DNA of 53,998 nucleotides from a virus (Duplodnaviria; Heunggongvirae; Uroviricota; Caudoviricetes): IMG/VR virus record IMGVR_UViG_2541047728_000014; one strand, 5' to 3'. Shown piece by piece: positions 51,934 to 53,998 of this stretch (position 1 is its first letter; each line of letters starts with the position of its first letter). The notes under the pieces were generated by a model. It saw only the letters and a program-made list of their open reading frames with translations, ran no database searches and was not told where the DNA came from. The position numbers and the translations under genes were made by a program.

Positions 51934-53721
51934 ATGATTTACACAACAGGCACGATAGCCGTTAGCGGAAAAACAGTTACTGGAGCTGGCACTGAATTCA
52001 ATGCCGCATTATCTATGATTAGAGTGGGTTGCACCCTTATTGCCATTAGCAATCCGGTGCAGATTTTCTCAATCACAGAGGTAAAAAGCGCGACAAGTTT
52101 GTCAGTAACTCCGGCGGCAAGCCCGGCAATTCCGGCTGGAACTAAATATAGCATCCTGCTTTCAGATTCGATCTCTGTGGATGGCCTTGCTCAGGATGTT
52201 GCCGAAACACTGCGTTACTATCAGGGCAAAGAATCAGAAATAGCTGACGCCGTTGAATTTTTTAGCGACAACAAAGATGTTATTTCAGCCTCGAAATTAG
52301 CATCAGAATCAGCTACCACTGCAACCAACGCGGCAACAACAGCGACAACCGCCGCCGATTCAGCTAAGACATACAGAGACGAGGCCCACGAATACGCCAA
52401 TCAGACGGCACAGCCTTACGCGTATGTTTTGCAGCCGCTGCCGGACGTATGGATACCGTTTAACGATTCTCTGGATATAATCACTGGCTACGGCTCAGGC
52501 ACGAAAAAAGTAACCATTGATGGTGAAGAAAAAACAATATCATCAGATAAGGTTGTTTCTTTCTCCCGCGCAAGTACAGCTACTTACATTAACAAATCAG
52601 GAGTTTTAACCGTAGCTGATATTAACGAGCCACGTTTCGAACGCGAAGGATTATTAATCGAAGGTGCTCGCACAAACTTCCTTATCAACGGTAGCGTCCC
52701 TGCAAATTGGGGCCGATCAACTAATGTCACCGCTACAGCAGAAACTGACAGCTACGGTTTCCTGTACGGAAAATTCGTGATCGACGACAGTGCAGTTGGC
52801 GGCACTGGTGGTTGCAACATGGCGTCAGTGATCACTGCTAACGTTATCGACACTACTCAGCACGATGAACAGTACGTCACCGCTTCTTGTCGTTTTCGTT
52901 CGTCAAACGACGTCCGGTTGCGTATCCGTTTTGCTGGTGGTGAAGACACTTCCAGTCTGGCATTCCTGTGTGATGCGTATATCAAACTAAGCGACATGTC
53001 TGTAACGAAGACAGGCGGCGATGCAGACAAACTCACTGTTAGCGTAACAACGGACAGCATCACCGGATGGAATCGCGCAGTGGTGACGTATAAATCAACC
53101 GTAACGCTGGTTACCGCGCAAATTCAGTTTGCTCCGGTTAGCGCGTTCGTGTCCGGCGACTACATGGAACTGGCAACTCCTCAAGTCGAACTTGGTACGA
53201 ATGCATCATCGTATATTAGCTCAGGTTCAACTCCTTCTACCCGTGCGAGCGATATGGTAAGTATTACGACTAAAAACAACCTTGCGCGTCCTCCGTTCAG
53301 TTTCCTGCTCGAACTTCACAAGGACTGGTTCAGAGCGCCTAACTCCGCGCCGCGTGTTTGGGATATTGCCAACGCTAAGAATGGGCAGTCAGTTATCGCT
53401 GCGGTTAACCGTGGTAGCAATCAGTATTACATGTCTCTATCCAAAAGCGACGGTGCTTACATCAATTCTGCCGCTGGTGTTAAGTTAACTGATAACGCCA
53501 CTATTGGCGCGGTGGTTAAAGGCGATGGAACATTCCATGTGATCATGAACGGTGCACCTGCTAGTGATGCGACTTGTATCTACGGTGGTGTGACACAGGA
53601 CAAAAACATCCGCTTTGGTGGTCAGACATCCGATGGAACGCGCCACTTGTTCGGACATATCAGAAATTTTCGTATTTGGCACAAAGCATTAACTGATTCT
53701 CAATTAAGCGAAATTGTTTAA
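51934..53721 (+). CDS. Side tail fibre protein
   Basis: 595 aa; Thr/Ala-rich segment (ESATTATNAATTATTAADSAKTYRDEAHEYANQ) typical of side tail fibre shafts; position after J. Confidence 0.7.
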   Translation: MIYTTGTIAVSGKTVTGAGTEFNAALSMIRVGCTLIAISNPVQIFSITEVKSATSLSVTPAASPAIPAGTKYSILLSDSISVDGLAQDVAETLRYYQGKESEIADAVEFFSDNKDVISASKLASESATTATNAATTATTAADSAKTYRDEAHEYANQTAQPYAYVLQPLPDVWIPFNDSLDIITGYGSGTKKVTIDGEEKTISSDKVVSFSRASTATYINKSGVLTVADINEPRFEREGLLIEGARTNFLINGSVPANWGRSTNVTATAETDSYGFLYGKFVIDDSAVGGTGGCNMASVITANVIDTTQHDEQYVTASCRFRSSNDVRLRIRFAGGEDTSSLAFLCDAYIKLSDMSVTKTGGDADKLTVSVTTDSITGWNRAVVTYKSTVTLVTAQIQFAPVSAFVSGDYMELATPQVELGTNASSYISSGSTPSTRASDMVSITTKNNLARPPFSFLLELHKDWFRAPNSAPRVWDIANAKNGQSVIAAVNRGSNQYYMSLSKSDGAYINSAAGVKLTDNATIGAVVKGDGTFHVIMNGAPASDATCIYGGVTQDKNIRFGGQTSDGTRHLFGHIRNFRIWHKALTDSQLSEIV

Positions 53722-53731
53722 GGTGGTTAAC

Positions 53732-53998
53732 ATGAAAGACGTTAGCTTGCAATTTACTGATAAACAGCAATACAACGACATCGTGATTAACAGCGGCTGG
53801 CTGGACACCAATCAGCAAACCGTGTTTATTAATGACATTGGTTTTGTTCTTGTATTCGATGATCCAGAAAGCGACACGCCTGTACTGATTGAGAAAAAAG
53901 GCTATTACGTCAACATGCGCATTACTGGTGACGATGTTGATATTTCTCAGCTTGAGCCTTTCATCGTTCCAGATCCAGGCGTCCGCGCATGGGCTTAA
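53732..53998 (+). CDS. Hypothetical protein (88 aa) downstream of the tail fibre; possible fibre accessory protein
   Basis: ORF 53714..53998; ATG at MKDVSLQF after AGGTGG RBS; stop codon is the last three bases of the window. Confidence 0.45.
   Translation: MKDVSLQFTDKQQYNDIVINSGWLDTNQQTVFINDIGFVLVFDDPESDTPVLIEKKGYYVNMRITGDDVDISQLEPFIVPDPGVRAWA

Noticed and set aside
1-53998. CRISPR arrays, tRNA/rRNA genes, insertion sequences
   Set aside because: No regularly spaced direct repeats with unique spacers, no tRNA-like cloverleaf candidates, and no transposase-like ORFs or terminal inverted repeats were found on reading the sequence.

Overview
The window is almost entirely one temperate, lambda-like siphovirus prophage, probably from an enterobacterial host (host and family are inference). 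Layout, left to right: a P4-type tyrosine integrase (1..1215, +) converging on an AlpA-like excisionase; a leftward early operon (minus strand, ~8900 down to 1385) with an HTH regulator, replisome organiser, a triple zinc-ribbon/T5orf172 protein, an HTH-metallophosphoesterase replication protein, DnaB-like helicase and NinB; a CI repressor (9208..9855, +); then one long rightward operon with a candidate pL promoter, nutL-like boxA/boxB, N-like antiterminator, Erf, SSB, many small ORFs, Dam methyltransferase, a membrane protein plus a truncated C5-methyltransferase-like protein, NinF/NinG/RusA and a lambda-Q homologue. Between Q and the lysis genes lies a ~6 kb island of about 25 small unrecognised ORFs, followed by pinholin-like holin, SAR endolysin, Rz/Rz1, terminase, portal, head and lambda-like tail genes (M, L, K, I, J, side tail fibre). 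No tRNA, rRNA, CRISPR array or transposase was recognised. The most unusual features are a tandem array of ten micro-ORFs encoding single hydrophobic helices next to an HExxH protein (27453..28856), a short AT-rich motif (TACA-W3-TGTA / TTTACAAAATGG) recurring at about 18 intergenic sites, three CRP-like palindromes, and several minus-strand moron cassettes inside the tail module. All calls rest on reading the sequence and recalled family signatures; no database search was run. Coordinates of hand-called small ORFs and motifs may be off by 1-2 nt.
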